Positions 47,396 to 56,696 of a stretch of DNA of 64,000 nucleotides are shown here, in pieces; within the stretch, counting starts at the first letter, position 1; each line of letters starts with the position of its first letter. This DNA is from Hydrogenophilales bacterium 28-61-23. Its GTDB lineage: Bacteria; Pseudomonadota; Gammaproteobacteria; Burkholderiales; Thiobacillaceae. Where the stretch lies: positions 23,493 through 87,492 of the forward strand of contig NCGJ01000013.1 of the NCBI GenBank assembly GCA_002281555.1, read 5' to 3'. Below the pieces are notes generated by a model. That model had not been told where the DNA came from and did not search any database. It worked only from the letters and a program-made list of their open reading frames with translations. The position numbers and the translations under genes are program-made.

Positions 47396-48067
47396 TCAAA
47401 ACGGCGGCGGGCTGGAGAACGAAATCAATTCGCCGGTGGCCGGATGCGGCAGGTTCAATTCGCAGGCATGCAGCAGCAAGCGGTCGGCGCGGGCGACGGC
47501 GTCCGCGCTGGCGTAGAGATCGTCGCCCAGAATCGGGTGGCCGATGGCTTGCAGATGCACGCGCAGTTGATGCGAGCGACCGGTGATCGGCTCGAGTTCC
47601 AGCCGCGTGCCGTTGCGTTCCCGATCTGGCGACAACACCCGCCAGCGAGTCACGCTGGGCCGGCCATGCTGGTAATCGACGATGTGCTTCGGCCGATTCG
47701 GCCAATCCAGTTCCAGCGGCAGGTCGATCACACCCCATTCTTCCGGGCCGATAACGCGGGCAATGCCATCGACCACGGCCTGGTAGCGTTTGTGTACCTG
47801 GCGTTGTTCAAAGGCCCGGTTGAGTGCGCGCTGCGCTTCGATGCCGCGCGCCATCGCCAACAGGCCGGAGGTTTGCATGTCCAGCCGATGCACGATCAGC
47901 GCGTCCGGATAGCGGCGCTGCGCGCGCGCGCTCAGGCAATCCTGTTTGTCCGGGCCGCGCCCGGGGACGGACAGCAAACCGCTGGGCTTGTTCAGCACCA
48001 GCAGGTGGTCGTCGACGTAGAGCAGTTCGAAAGGGACGTCGCCTGCAGGCGGCGGGGTGTAAAGCAT
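47396..48067 (-). CDS. RluA-family pseudouridine synthase
   Basis: The ORF is 223 aa and shows LVLNKPSGLLSVPG and the catalytic HRLDMQTSGLL. Confidence 0.9.
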   Translation of the reverse strand: MLYTPPPAGDVPFELLYVDDHLLVLNKPSGLLSVPGRGPDKQDCLSARAQRRYPDALIVHRLDMQTSGLLAMARGIEAQRALNRAFEQRQVHKRYQAVVDGIARVIGPEEWGVIDLPLELDWPNRPKHIVDYQHGRPSVTRWRVLSPDRERNGTRLELEPITGRSHQLRVHLQAIGHPILGDDLYASADAVARADRLLLHACELNLPHPATGELISFSSPPPF

Positions 48068-48223
48068 GGAGAAGGCTCAAGACTTGAGGAACAGCCATGA
48101 GCTTACAGCAGCAGTAGGGCGGGAATCCTTTCCGCTGGGAGAGGATCGTCGCCGGCCTACTTCTGTGGCGGGACGCTCGCATCGCGAGCCGGTAGGCCGC
48201 TCCCACCAGTTTTTCTCGGCCGA

Positions 48224-48979
48224 TCAGGCCGCCTTCATGAAATGGCGTGCGTAGCTCGGGTTCAGACGGTTCAGCGGCAGCAGAATCGGCAAGTCGGCGG
48301 TGTTGAAATCCGGATCCCAGGCCGGTTCGCCGCAGACGTAGGCGCCCAGGCGCAGGTAGCCTTTGACCAGCGGCGGCAGCAGCGGGGCGGCAACGCTTTC
48401 CAGCGCATCCAGCGGCAACGGGCAGCGCGGGAAGACATGCCATTCGATCGGCGCCAGGTGCTTTTCACGCACCGCGTGCCAGATGCCGGCGGCATTATGG
48501 CCACCGTCGGCCATGCCGATGCTGGCGCAGCCGATCAGGTATTCGTGCTTGTTGCGCAGCATGTACTCGGCCAGCCCGGCCCAGAGCAGCGTGATGACGC
48601 TGCCGCTGCGGTAATCGGCATGAACGCAGGAGCGGCCCAATTCCACCATGCGGCCGCGCAGATGTTGCAGACGGGTCAGGTCGAATTCGGATTCCGAGTA
48701 GTAGTTGCCTACGCGCTTGGCCGCGCTGGGGCTGAGGATGCGGTAGGTGCCCACGACTTCGCCGCTGTCCGGATCGCGCACCAGCAGATGTTCGCAATGC
48801 GCGTCGTAGAGGTCGATGTCCAGTCCAGGCTCGGGGGTGTTGAGGCGAGCGCCCATTTCTTCGGCGAAGACTTTCCAACGCAAGCGTTGCGCTTCACGAA
48901 CCTCGTCCTGATGGCGGGCGAAACTGACGCTGAAATTCTTTTTGATGCGAGTGTCCTGTCCTGCATGTTTTTGCAACAT
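48224..48979 (-). CDS. GNAT-type N-acyl amino acid synthase, OlsB/hemolysin-like
   Basis: The ORF is 251 aa. The stretch FARHQDEVREAQRLRWKVFAEEMGARL...DIDLYDAHCEHLLVRD...GEVVGTYRIL is typical of the OlsB-like acyltransferase family. Confidence 0.7.
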   Translation of the reverse strand: MLQKHAGQDTRIKKNFSVSFARHQDEVREAQRLRWKVFAEEMGARLNTPEPGLDIDLYDAHCEHLLVRDPDSGEVVGTYRILSPSAAKRVGNYYSESEFDLTRLQHLRGRMVELGRSCVHADYRSGSVITLLWAGLAEYMLRNKHEYLIGCASIGMADGGHNAAGIWHAVREKHLAPIEWHVFPRCPLPLDALESVAAPLLPPLVKGYLRLGAYVCGEPAWDPDFNTADLPILLPLNRLNPSYARHFMKAA

Positions 48980-49113
48980 GACATTTCCTTTCCTTTGCGT
49001 TGGTGTGGCAAAGGTAAGGAAGTGGCATTGCGAGTTGGTGACCAGGGTATTAAGAAATAATTACAGCCGGCATATTAGAGAACGTCGATATGCGCTGTCG
49101 GATGTTCTGAATC

Positions 49114-50046
49114 CTAAAGCGCATAGCCATATTCCAGCCGGAATTTGTCCGCGATCTCGTCCCAGGTGAAGCGGTGGTTCTGTCCGCCGCGCTGCGCGAT
49201 TTTGATTGCGCCCAGCAAACCGGCCAGACGTCCGCAGGTCGGCCAGTCCATGCCTTGGTGCATGCCGGTCATCAGGCCCGCGCGGTAGGCGTCGCCGCAT
49301 CCGGTCGGATCGACCACCTCGCTTGCCTTGGCGGCGGCGATGTCATGCACCTGTCCATCGGCGTAGATGCGGGAGCCTTCGCCGCCCAGGGTCACCACAA
49401 GCGCGCGCACCATTTTTGCCAACTGTTCCAAGGACTGTCCGGTGCGCTCTTGCAGTAGTTTGGCTTCGTAGTCGTTGCAGGCGATGTATTCGGCCTGGCG
49501 GATGAAATCGAGCAATTCTTCGCCATTGAACATGGGCAGGCCCTGGCCGGGATCGAAAATGAACGGGATGCCGGCTTCGGCGAACTGGCGAGCGTGTTCG
49601 ATCATGCCCTGGCGGCCATCCGGCGCGACGATGCCGAGTTTGATGCCATCGGCCAAGGTGACTTTGTTCTGATGCGCAAAATTCATCGCGCCCGGATGGA
49701 ACGCCGTAATCTGGTTGTCCGCCAAATCGGTGGTAATGAAGGCCTGCGCGGTAAAGGTGTTGGCGACGCGATGAATCAGACTGGCGTCCAGATCAAGCTG
49801 CTTCAGTCGCTCCGCATAGGGCGCGAAGTCGTCGCCCACCGTGGCCATGATCACCGGTTCGCCGCCCAGCATCTTCATGTTGTAGGCGATGTTGCCGGCG
49901 CAGCCGCCATATTCGCGCCGCATGTCGGGCACCAGAAAGGCGACATTCAGGATATGAATCTGTTCGGGCAGGATGTGATTCTTGAAGTGATCCTGAAACA
50001 CCATGATGGTGTCGAATGCCATCGAACCGCAGATGAGTGTGCGCAT
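49114..50046 (-). CDS. PfkB-family carbohydrate/nucleoside kinase
   Basis: The start was re-picked at ATG 50046 (MRTLICGSMAFDTIM). It shows GGCAGNIAYN and a C-terminal DPTGCGDAYRAG motif. Confidence 0.85.
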   Translation of the reverse strand: MRTLICGSMAFDTIMVFQDHFKNHILPEQIHILNVAFLVPDMRREYGGCAGNIAYNMKMLGGEPVIMATVGDDFAPYAERLKQLDLDASLIHRVANTFTAQAFITTDLADNQITAFHPGAMNFAHQNKVTLADGIKLGIVAPDGRQGMIEHARQFAEAGIPFIFDPGQGLPMFNGEELLDFIRQAEYIACNDYEAKLLQERTGQSLEQLAKMVRALVVTLGGEGSRIYADGQVHDIAAAKASEVVDPTGCGDAYRAGLMTGMHQGMDWPTCGRLAGLLGAIKIAQRGGQNHRFTWDEIADKFRLEYGYAL

Positions 50047-50363
50047 GTAAGTCTCTTGTCCGTGAAGTGGTAGGGGGTGCGAGTGGATAAACGCGGCGGC
50101 AACCGGCCGAATTTCATGGCGCGAATCTAGCCCGGAACGCGGCGCGATGCCAGTCAAGATGACATATTTGTGATCTGTGCCGAGTAGTCGACTGAAGTGT
50201 CGGCGATCTCTACGGGTTCAGTCTCCGATGCGGGGGTCTGACCCTATGAACTTAATATTAAAGATAATTAAATCAACTGCCTGCCGCCGCCCCATGGCTC
50301 CGGTTTGATGTCTGGCATGGTCGTTGCTCTGAAGACGATGCCTAGAAAACCTGGAGATACACC

Positions 50364-50564
50364 ATGCAAAATCCTGCAACTGTCGATCTGTTGGCTGGCG
50401 ATGACGACCAGAGTCTCGAAATGGCTTCCTGCGAGGCGCAAGCCGAGTTGTCTTCAAAGGACATAAAAGCGCTGGATGAATTTCTATGCGATTTCCAGCA
50501 AGCCGACGATGATCTCGAACTGCGGCATTTCTTTGGCTTGAACGCGCAGGAATTCGACGCCTGA
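50364..50564 (+). CDS. small highly acidic hypothetical protein
   Basis: The ORF is 66 aa and D/E-rich, with GGAG 8 nt upstream of the ATG. I recognise no family. Confidence 0.4.
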   Translation: MQNPATVDLLAGDDDQSLEMASCEAQAELSSKDIKALDEFLCDFQQADDDLELRHFFGLNAQEFDA

Positions 50565-50613
50565 TTCAGCTGTTCACGGGATGCAAAGGCGTGATCGGAT
50601 ATGGAGAGGAACA

Positions 50614-51582
50614 ATGCTGGGCTGGTTGGCCAAATTGGGCTTGCGGCGGGATGTCGATCAGGATGAGCCGCGACTTCTAGAGGCGATCAAGCGCGCCATC
50701 GATCTGGTCGAACCGCGCCTGGAACATGTCAGCGGTTATCCGAACCGCTATCGCGACATGGCCAAGCGCATGCTTCGGCACGCGGAAGCCCTGGCCGCAG
50801 GGTTACCCGGTCCGGTCGAATTGAATCGTGAACGCTTTGTGCTTGATCCTTTCGTTCGCGCCTTGTTCGCATCGCCCGACGACATTCCGCGGACCTTGTC
50901 CTTGAGCCGTGCAATGCGTGAATACCGGCAATGTGCTGGCGTTCCTGAGGGCGAGTTGTATGCGCTGATGGGCATGCGCTACCGGCAAAAACATGTCTTT
51001 GGCATGGAAGCGCGGGGCGAAGTCATTCGGCGCGATGTCGAGCAGGAGGCGCTCAGTTTCGAGGATCACACGCTGAGTTGTATCTCGGTCAGCGAAGCCG
51101 AGACTCGCGCCTTGCTGATCTGGGATGTTTTCGACCATTTGATGCGGCAGGTGGCGCGGCGCCTGGAGCTTCTTCGCCAGGAGAGGCAAAGCCTGGCCCA
51201 GGCAAAAGACCGGATCATGGCCCAACTGCGCGGCGCCAGCGCGGATCGGCGAGCGGGCATGCAACTAGAACTGGACGCTTTGCTGTCGCAACAACGTGAG
51301 CTGCTTGCTCGGCTGGACTTGCATCATGTCGCGAGCTTGTTTGACGATGAACTGCGCACCCCCGAGGCCCATGTCCGACTTGAACAACGAAAAATCCAGC
51401 TTGACGGCATGGGCGTGCTGCGCCGGCCGGAAGAAAGCGTTTTAAGCCACGCCATCGATTTCACCGATCTGGTCGGCATGGACAGGCGGCGCTGGACGGT
51501 CGTCCTGGTTCGCTACCGCCATCAGGAACTGTCCTCGATGTCGGATCGGATGGAGAACGCCCGTCGCTGGTTGTACGCATGA
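50614..51582 (+). CDS. hypothetical protein
   Basis: It is 322 aa from ATG 50614 (MLGWLAKLGL), with GGAGAGGA 4 nt upstream. It has ordinary codon bias and a coiled-coil-like middle part. I recognise no family. Confidence 0.6.
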   Translation: MLGWLAKLGLRRDVDQDEPRLLEAIKRAIDLVEPRLEHVSGYPNRYRDMAKRMLRHAEALAAGLPGPVELNRERFVLDPFVRALFASPDDIPRTLSLSRAMREYRQCAGVPEGELYALMGMRYRQKHVFGMEARGEVIRRDVEQEALSFEDHTLSCISVSEAETRALLIWDVFDHLMRQVARRLELLRQERQSLAQAKDRIMAQLRGASADRRAGMQLELDALLSQQRELLARLDLHHVASLFDDELRTPEAHVRLEQRKIQLDGMGVLRRPEESVLSHAIDFTDLVGMDRRRWTVVLVRYRHQELSSMSDRMENARRWLYA

Positions 51583-51617
51583 ATGAAAGAGGCCCGCTTC
51601 GCGCGGGCCTCTTTCAT
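51583..51617. terminator. bidirectional terminator hairpin between convergent genes
   Basis: The hairpin is atgaaagaggcccgc-ttcgc-gcgggcctctttcat, a 15-bp perfect stem. It sits between the stops at 51582 (+) and 51633 (-). Confidence 0.8.
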
Positions 51618-51632
51618 GGTCTCAAGCGCGCA

Positions 51633-52910
51633 TCAGGGCCGTACCTTGTCGATGGTCAGCCTGATATCTTTTGCCCCCACTTTCACGCTGGCCACGCTGC
51701 CCTCCAGGTCGCCCGCCGCGCCCATCGGCTGGCCGGATTTGGATATCCGCGCGGTCAAGGTGACCTCCTTGAAGTTGGACAGTTTGTTATCCGGATTCAT
51801 CGCCATCGCATCGGAGAGTTCGAACTTGAGCGGGAACTGGCCGGCGGTTGAGCGAAGCGCGGCAACCGGAGCGCCACCGCCGCCCGAGCGGGCGAACAGG
51901 AAGACGATATCCGAGGCGCTGATCTTGCTCTTCAGGGCCGGGGCGATGTCCACAGTGCCCTGGATGGTGGCGGCGGTGCCGGTGTCTTTGCCGCTCGTCG
52001 GCGCCTGGTCGGCCAGATTGTCCAGGCCGGTGACCGTGCCCCGCGCCAGCCGGGTCGCCTCCTTCTGGGCTTCCGCGATGTCCTGGGCATAGGGGGATTC
52101 CGGCGGCAGCAGCTTGAGCAGATGCTTGAAGTAATAAGCGGCCTGGGCGTAGTTCTTGTCCTGGAAGTTGCTGATGGCGGCGAGTTCCAGGCCCTTCATG
52201 TCATCCGGCGTTTTTTCCAGCGCTTGCAACACGAGTTCCATGGGTTTGCCCTTGAGGACGCGGTTGTTGTTGATCGCCAGGGCCTCGGCGTAGCCGGTCA
52301 TCACCGCCGGCACATCCGGCTTGAGTTGCATGGCTTTTTCGTAGGCCTTGAGCGCTTCCGGCCAGTGCCCGACCACGGCGTAGGTCTTGCCCAGCATGGT
52401 CCAGGCCTCGACGTCGTCGGGGTTGGTTTGGGTTCGCTCCTCGACCTTCTGGATCATTTTCATGATGTCGTGCTCGCCCTTCACAGCCTCGGCAGCTATC
52501 GGAGGATTGGCTTGTGCTTCGGCGATGGCGATCAGCGACATGGGATTGCCCAGCCAGAAATACATGCCGAAGGCGGCGACCGGGATGACGCCAGCCAACG
52601 TGAAACCGAGGCGACGACTGGCGACCGGCGCCATGGCCGCATCGGCTTTGGCCAGCGCATCTTCAGCCAGGCGTGATTCCAGTTCGATCTTGCCGGACTG
52701 GAACTGTTCTTCCGTGAGCAGGCCGGCGGTGCGATCGGCTTCCATTTCCTGCATTTGATCGCGGTAAACGGCGATGTTGATGTCACGCCGCGCGGCTTTG
52801 GCCACGGTCGATTTTTTCCTCAGCAGGGGCGGCAGGACAAAGGCCAGGGCGACCGCGACCGAAGCTACGGCGGCAATCCAGAACAGCGAAACGGACCAGA
52901 AGGGATTCAT
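51633..52910 (-). CDS. ccmI: c-type cytochrome biogenesis protein CcmI (TPR)
   Basis: The ORF is 425 aa with two N-terminal TM segments followed by TPR repeats. It is the last gene of the ccm operon, and its start overlaps the ccmH stop as ATGA. Confidence 0.85.
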   Translation of the reverse strand: MNPFWSVSLFWIAAVASVAVALAFVLPPLLRKKSTVAKAARRDINIAVYRDQMQEMEADRTAGLLTEEQFQSGKIELESRLAEDALAKADAAMAPVASRRLGFTLAGVIPVAAFGMYFWLGNPMSLIAIAEAQANPPIAAEAVKGEHDIMKMIQKVEERTQTNPDDVEAWTMLGKTYAVVGHWPEALKAYEKAMQLKPDVPAVMTGYAEALAINNNRVLKGKPMELVLQALEKTPDDMKGLELAAISNFQDKNYAQAAYYFKHLLKLLPPESPYAQDIAEAQKEATRLARGTVTGLDNLADQAPTSGKDTGTAATIQGTVDIAPALKSKISASDIVFLFARSGGGGAPVAALRSTAGQFPLKFELSDAMAMNPDNKLSNFKEVTLTARISKSGQPMGAAGDLEGSVASVKVGAKDIRLTIDKVRP

Positions 52911-53374
52911 CGTTTTTCATCCAGTAATTGTGCGGCCAGTAGTTTTGAAGCTTCATCGAGTTGCTTCTCGTCCACCGGGGTGTCTTTGAGGGCGCGGCGT
53001 TTTTGCAGGGTGACATACCAGATGCCGCCACCGAGGCCGAGGAATAGCAGCGGACCCAGCCACAGGATGTAAGTCAACGGCTTGAACGGCGGTCGATACA
53101 GCACGAAATCGCCATAGCGGGTGGTCAGATATTCGATGACTTCCTTGTCGTTCTTGCCGGCTTTCATCTGGACGCGGATTTCCTTGCGCAGATCCTCCGC
53201 CAGTTCGGCGTGCGAGCCGGCCAGGGATTCGTTCTGGCAGACCAGACAGCGCAACTCTTCCGCCAGCTTGACCATGCGTTGTTCGATCGCCGGGTCTTCG
53301 CCGACCGGCGCGGCCTCGCCGGCCCAGACCGAGGTGTTCAGTGCAATCAGTAGCGAGAACAGCAGCGATTTCAT
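52907..53374 (-). CDS. ccmH: cytochrome c-type biogenesis protein CcmH
   Basis: It is 155 aa from ATG 53374 and has a signal peptide plus the LRCLVCQNESL motif. The 421-aa track ORF (to 54172) is a read-through artefact. Confidence 0.9.
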   Translation of the reverse strand: MKSLLFSLLIALNTSVWAGEAAPVGEDPAIEQRMVKLAEELRCLVCQNESLAGSHAELAEDLRKEIRVQMKAGKNDKEVIEYLTTRYGDFVLYRPPFKPLTYILWLGPLLFLGLGGGIWYVTLQKRRALKDTPVDEKQLDEASKLLAAQLLDEKR

Positions 53375-53375
53375 C

Positions 53376-53478
53376 AGGCCTCCCGCCGGGCAGCCCCAAG
53401 GGAGGCCTTCACCCCCTTGGGGGTACCGAAGGGTAGGGGCTTCATCAGCAGCGAACGAAGTGAGCGTGGGGGTCGTCA
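53376..53478. repeat. ~100-nt intercistronic repeat, copy A (ccmG-ccmH gap)
   Basis: The sequence is ...cccaagggaggc...ccgaagggtaggggcttcatcag-cagcgaacgaagtgagcgtgggggtcgtc. It contains alternative hairpins ggcctccc/gggaggcc and ccccaaggg/cccttgggg. It fills the whole 104-nt gap. Confidence 0.8.
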
Positions 53479-53997
53479 TCAGTTCAGCTCCTTTAGTTTC
53501 GGTTCGAACTTCTCTTTCCAGACTTTTTCGTCGATCGGGCCGACATGTTTCATGCGGACGATGCCGGCCTTGTCGATGACGTAGGTTTCCGGGGTGCCGG
53601 TGACGCCGTAGTCGATGCCGGTCTTGCCGGAGAGATCGTCCGGCACCGCCAGGTAAGGGCTGCCCGCCTGGGCCAGGAGTTGTTCGGCTTCGCGCGCCTT
53701 GTCTTTCCAGTTGAGGCCGACGATAGGCACCGGCTGGCTCTGCGCCAGCGCCATCAGCACGCCATGTTCCTGCCGGCAGGACACGCACCAGGGCGCCCAG
53801 ACGTTGAGCAGCCAGACCTTGCCCTTCATGTCGGCCGGGCTGAACGTCTTGTCGGCTTGCCCCACCATCGGCAGGGTAAACGCCGGCGCGGCCTTGCCGA
53901 TGAAGGGCGAGGGCACCTCGCGCGGGTTGAGGAACAGACCCTTGGCGAAGAAACCGACCAGAACGGCGAAGATGATCAGAGGCAACCATCGCTTCAT
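53479..53997 (-). CDS. ccmG: thiol:disulfide oxidoreductase CcmG/DsbE
   Basis: It is 172 aa from ATG 53997 (MKRWLPLIIFAVLVGFFA) and has the motif WAPWCVSCRQEH. Confidence 0.92.
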   Translation of the reverse strand: MKRWLPLIIFAVLVGFFAKGLFLNPREVPSPFIGKAAPAFTLPMVGQADKTFSPADMKGKVWLLNVWAPWCVSCRQEHGVLMALAQSQPVPIVGLNWKDKAREAEQLLAQAGSPYLAVPDDLSGKTGIDYGVTGTPETYVIDKAGIVRMKHVGPIDEKVWKEKFEPKLKELN

Positions 53998-53999
53998 GT

Positions 54000-55979
54000 T
54001 CAGGCTCCCTGTGCGGCGGCGTTCGACGGCGCCGTCGCCTGCACCGCGATCCGGTAACGCCGGTCGGATGCGGCCAGGAATCCGCCCACTGCCAGGAACA
54101 GTGCGCCGATCCACAGCCAGTTGATGAACGGTTTGTGGAAAATGCGCACGACCCAGGTCGTCGCCTGGTCATTCAACGGCTCGCCCAGGGCGACATAGAC
54201 GTCGCGGAAGAAGTTGGGATCGATGGCGGCCTCGGTCATGGCCATGCCGGAAGCGTTGTAGATCCGTTTTTCCGGGTGCAGCACGAACAGCTTCTTGCCG
54301 CCGGGTTTTTCACCCTCGCTGACCTCTATGGTGCCGCGGGCGGCGCGATAGTTGGGGCCTACGTGATCCGTGGTGCCGCGGAAGGTGAAGGTGTAACCAG
54401 CCAGTCCGGCGTGATCGCCCACATTCATGCGGACATCGCGCTCGGTCTGGTAATTGGCGACCAGGGTAATGCCCGCGACGCCCAGGGCCATGCCGAAGTG
54501 CGCCAGTTGCATGCCCCAGAAAGCGCGCGGCAACGCGGCGAGGCGTCCGCCATTTTTCAGGCGCTCGCGGAAACCGATCAGCACCGTCAGCGCGATCCAG
54601 ACCGACAGCGAGAAGCCGAGGCTGGCCCAGGCATTGAAGCCCTTCAGGGTGAGCGGCAGCAACAGGCCGGTCGCCAGCGATATCGCCAGCGCCCATTTCA
54701 GGCGCGCCACCATGTCCGGCAAGCTGGCTTCCTTCCAGCGCGCCAGCGGGCCGATGCCCATCAGGAACAGCGCCGGCGCGATCACCGGCACGAACACCGC
54801 GTTGAAATAGGGTGGGCCGACGGAAATCTTGCCCATGCCCAACGCGTCGATCAGCAACGGATACAACGTACCCAGCAGTACCGTGCCGAGCGCGGCCAGC
54901 AGAACGACGTTATTGGATAGCAGCAACGCCTCGCGCGAGAACCAGTTGAAGCGGCCGCCGGTGAGCATCTTGGGCGCGCGCCAGGCGAACAAGGCGAGCG
55001 AGCCGCCGATCACCACGGCCAGGAAGCCAAGGATGAAAGCGCCGCGCGCCGGGTCGGTGGCGAAGGCGTGCACCGAAGAAAGCACGCCGGAACGAACCAG
55101 GAAAGTGCCGAGCAAGGATAGCGAGAAAGCAGTCAGCGCCAGCAGCACGGTCCAGGCCTTGAAGGCGCCGCGCTTTTCGGTCACCGCCAGAGAGTGGATC
55201 AGCGCGGTGCCGGCCAGCCAGGGCATGAACGAGGCGTTTTCGGTCGGATCCCAGAACCACCAGCCGCCCCAGCCCAGTTCGTAGTAGGCCCACCAACTCC
55301 CGAGCGCGATGCCGGCGGAGAGGAACGCCCAGGCCACCGTGGTCCAGGGCCGCGACCAGCGCGCCCAGGCGGCGTCAAGACGGCCGGACAGCAGCGCCGC
55401 GATGGCGAAGGCGAAGGCGACCGAGAAGCCGACATAACCCATGTACAGCATGGGCGGATGGATCACCATGCCGGGGTCTTGCAGCAGTGGGTTCATGTCG
55501 CGCCCGTCGGCGGGCATGGCATCGCCCAGGAGGCGCAGGAAGGGGTTGGAGGTGGTCAGCAGGAAAGCGAGGAACCCGGTGGAGACCAGGCCCATGATGC
55601 CGATCACGCGCGCCACCATGTCGTCCGGCAGATGGCGGGAGAACACGGACACCGCCGTGGTCCAGAACGCCAGGATCAGCGCCCACAGCAACATGGAACC
55701 TTCATGCGAGCCCCAGGTGGCGGTGAAGCGGTAAATCTCGGGCAACTGCGAGAAGGAGTTGCGCGCCACGTTCTCCACCGAGAAGTCATTGTGGAGAAAC
55801 GACCAGGCCAGACAGCCGAAGGCGATGGCGACGAACACGAATTGCCCCTGCGCCGCCGGCCGCGCCACCGCCATCAGGGTGAGATTGCCGCGCTGAGCGC
55901 CGATCAGCGGCAAAGTGGCCTGGGTAAGCGCCAGCAGCAGCGCGACGATGAGGGCGAAATGGCCGAGTTCTGGGATCAT
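54000..55979 (-). CDS. ccmF: heme lyase CcmF
   Basis: The ORF is 659 aa, polytopic, with the WWD motif GWGGWWFWDPTENAS. Confidence 0.95.
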   Translation of the reverse strand: MIPELGHFALIVALLLALTQATLPLIGAQRGNLTLMAVARPAAQGQFVFVAIAFGCLAWSFLHNDFSVENVARNSFSQLPEIYRFTATWGSHEGSMLLWALILAFWTTAVSVFSRHLPDDMVARVIGIMGLVSTGFLAFLLTTSNPFLRLLGDAMPADGRDMNPLLQDPGMVIHPPMLYMGYVGFSVAFAFAIAALLSGRLDAAWARWSRPWTTVAWAFLSAGIALGSWWAYYELGWGGWWFWDPTENASFMPWLAGTALIHSLAVTEKRGAFKAWTVLLALTAFSLSLLGTFLVRSGVLSSVHAFATDPARGAFILGFLAVVIGGSLALFAWRAPKMLTGGRFNWFSREALLLSNNVVLLAALGTVLLGTLYPLLIDALGMGKISVGPPYFNAVFVPVIAPALFLMGIGPLARWKEASLPDMVARLKWALAISLATGLLLPLTLKGFNAWASLGFSLSVWIALTVLIGFRERLKNGGRLAALPRAFWGMQLAHFGMALGVAGITLVANYQTERDVRMNVGDHAGLAGYTFTFRGTTDHVGPNYRAARGTIEVSEGEKPGGKKLFVLHPEKRIYNASGMAMTEAAIDPNFFRDVYVALGEPLNDQATTWVVRIFHKPFINWLWIGALFLAVGGFLAASDRRYRIAVQATAPSNAAAQGA

Positions 55980-56044
55980 GCGGTCTCCTTGTGGGGTGCC
56001 GATTTATTTAGGCAATTGACGCCAGCCAGGCTGGCGCCGAGGTG

Positions 56045-56491
56045 TTATTTGACGAGTGTGGTTTGAGCCTTTGCCGCCTGTTCCAGGGCATGTGCGGCTT
56101 CCGGCGGCATGTAGTTCTCGTCGTGCTTGGCCAGCACCTGGGTGGCGGTGAACAGGCCGTCTTTACCCAGCTTGCCTTCCGCCACGACGCCTTTGCCTTC
56201 CTTGAACAGGTCGGGAAGGATGCCGGTGTAGACCACGGGCATGGATTTGGCGGTATCGGTCACCACGAAATGGCTGGTCAGTCCATTTGCCTCGCGTTTC
56301 AGGCTGCCCACTTCTACCAGGCCGCCGATGCGGAAGGCGCGGTCGGTTGGCGCTTCGCCCTTGGCCACCTGGGTGGGCGAGAAGAAGAAGACCAGATTGC
56401 TCTGGAAGGCGTTGAGGATCAGCGCGGCGGCGATGCCGAGGCCGGCCAGGCCGAGCAAAATGACCAGGATTTTCTTATGGCGCGATTTCAT
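56045..56491 (-). CDS. ccmE: heme chaperone CcmE
   Basis: It is 148 aa from ATG 56491 and has a membrane anchor plus the heme-binding motif [13 protein letters not shown]. Confidence 0.93.
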   Translation of the reverse strand: MKSRHKKILVILLGLAGLGIAAALILNAFQSNLVFFFSPTQVAKGEAPTDRAFRIGGLVEVGSLKREANGLTSHFVVTDTAKSMPVVYTGILPDLFKEGKGVVAEGKLGKDGLFTATQVLAKHDENYMPPEAAHALEQAAKAQTTLVK

Positions 56492-56679
56492 CGTTCTTCC
56501 CCCTCTGGGGACAATGCCCATTGCTGCATGCGTTTAAGGCGGCGGCGAGTATCCGCGCCAGCGCGTTTCAAGAGTATGACCTCGATCAAGATGCCGGCGG
56601 CCGTCACCCCGAACGAACCCCAGACATAAAGCCCATATCCGGCCATATGCCAGAAATCAGACCAGCTAGCCCATTCCAT
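56488..56679 (-). CDS. ccmD: heme exporter protein CcmD
   Basis: It is a 63-aa single-TM protein, [37 protein letters not shown]..., between ccmC and ccmE. Its stop overlaps the ccmE start as ATGA. Confidence 0.75.
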   Translation of the reverse strand: MEWASWSDFWHMAGYGLYVWGSFGVTAAGILIEVILLKRAGADTRRRLKRMQQWALSPEGEER

Positions 56680-56696
56680 CAACTCGTCCTTTCCAT

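Noticed and set aside
48153-48199. Nested palindrome cggcctac...gctcgc-atc-gcgagc...gtaggccg after the OlsB-like gene as a REP family member
   Set aside because: There is a single copy in the window with no T-run. It may be a terminator-like structure, but I cannot show that it is repeated or related to the other two repeat families.
52907-54172. 421-aa ORF apparently spanning ccmG and ccmH
   Set aside because: Only its last 155 codons (from ATG 53374) are CcmH. The upstream part is an out-of-frame read through ccmG and the intercistronic repeat. CcmG itself is in another frame (53479..53997).
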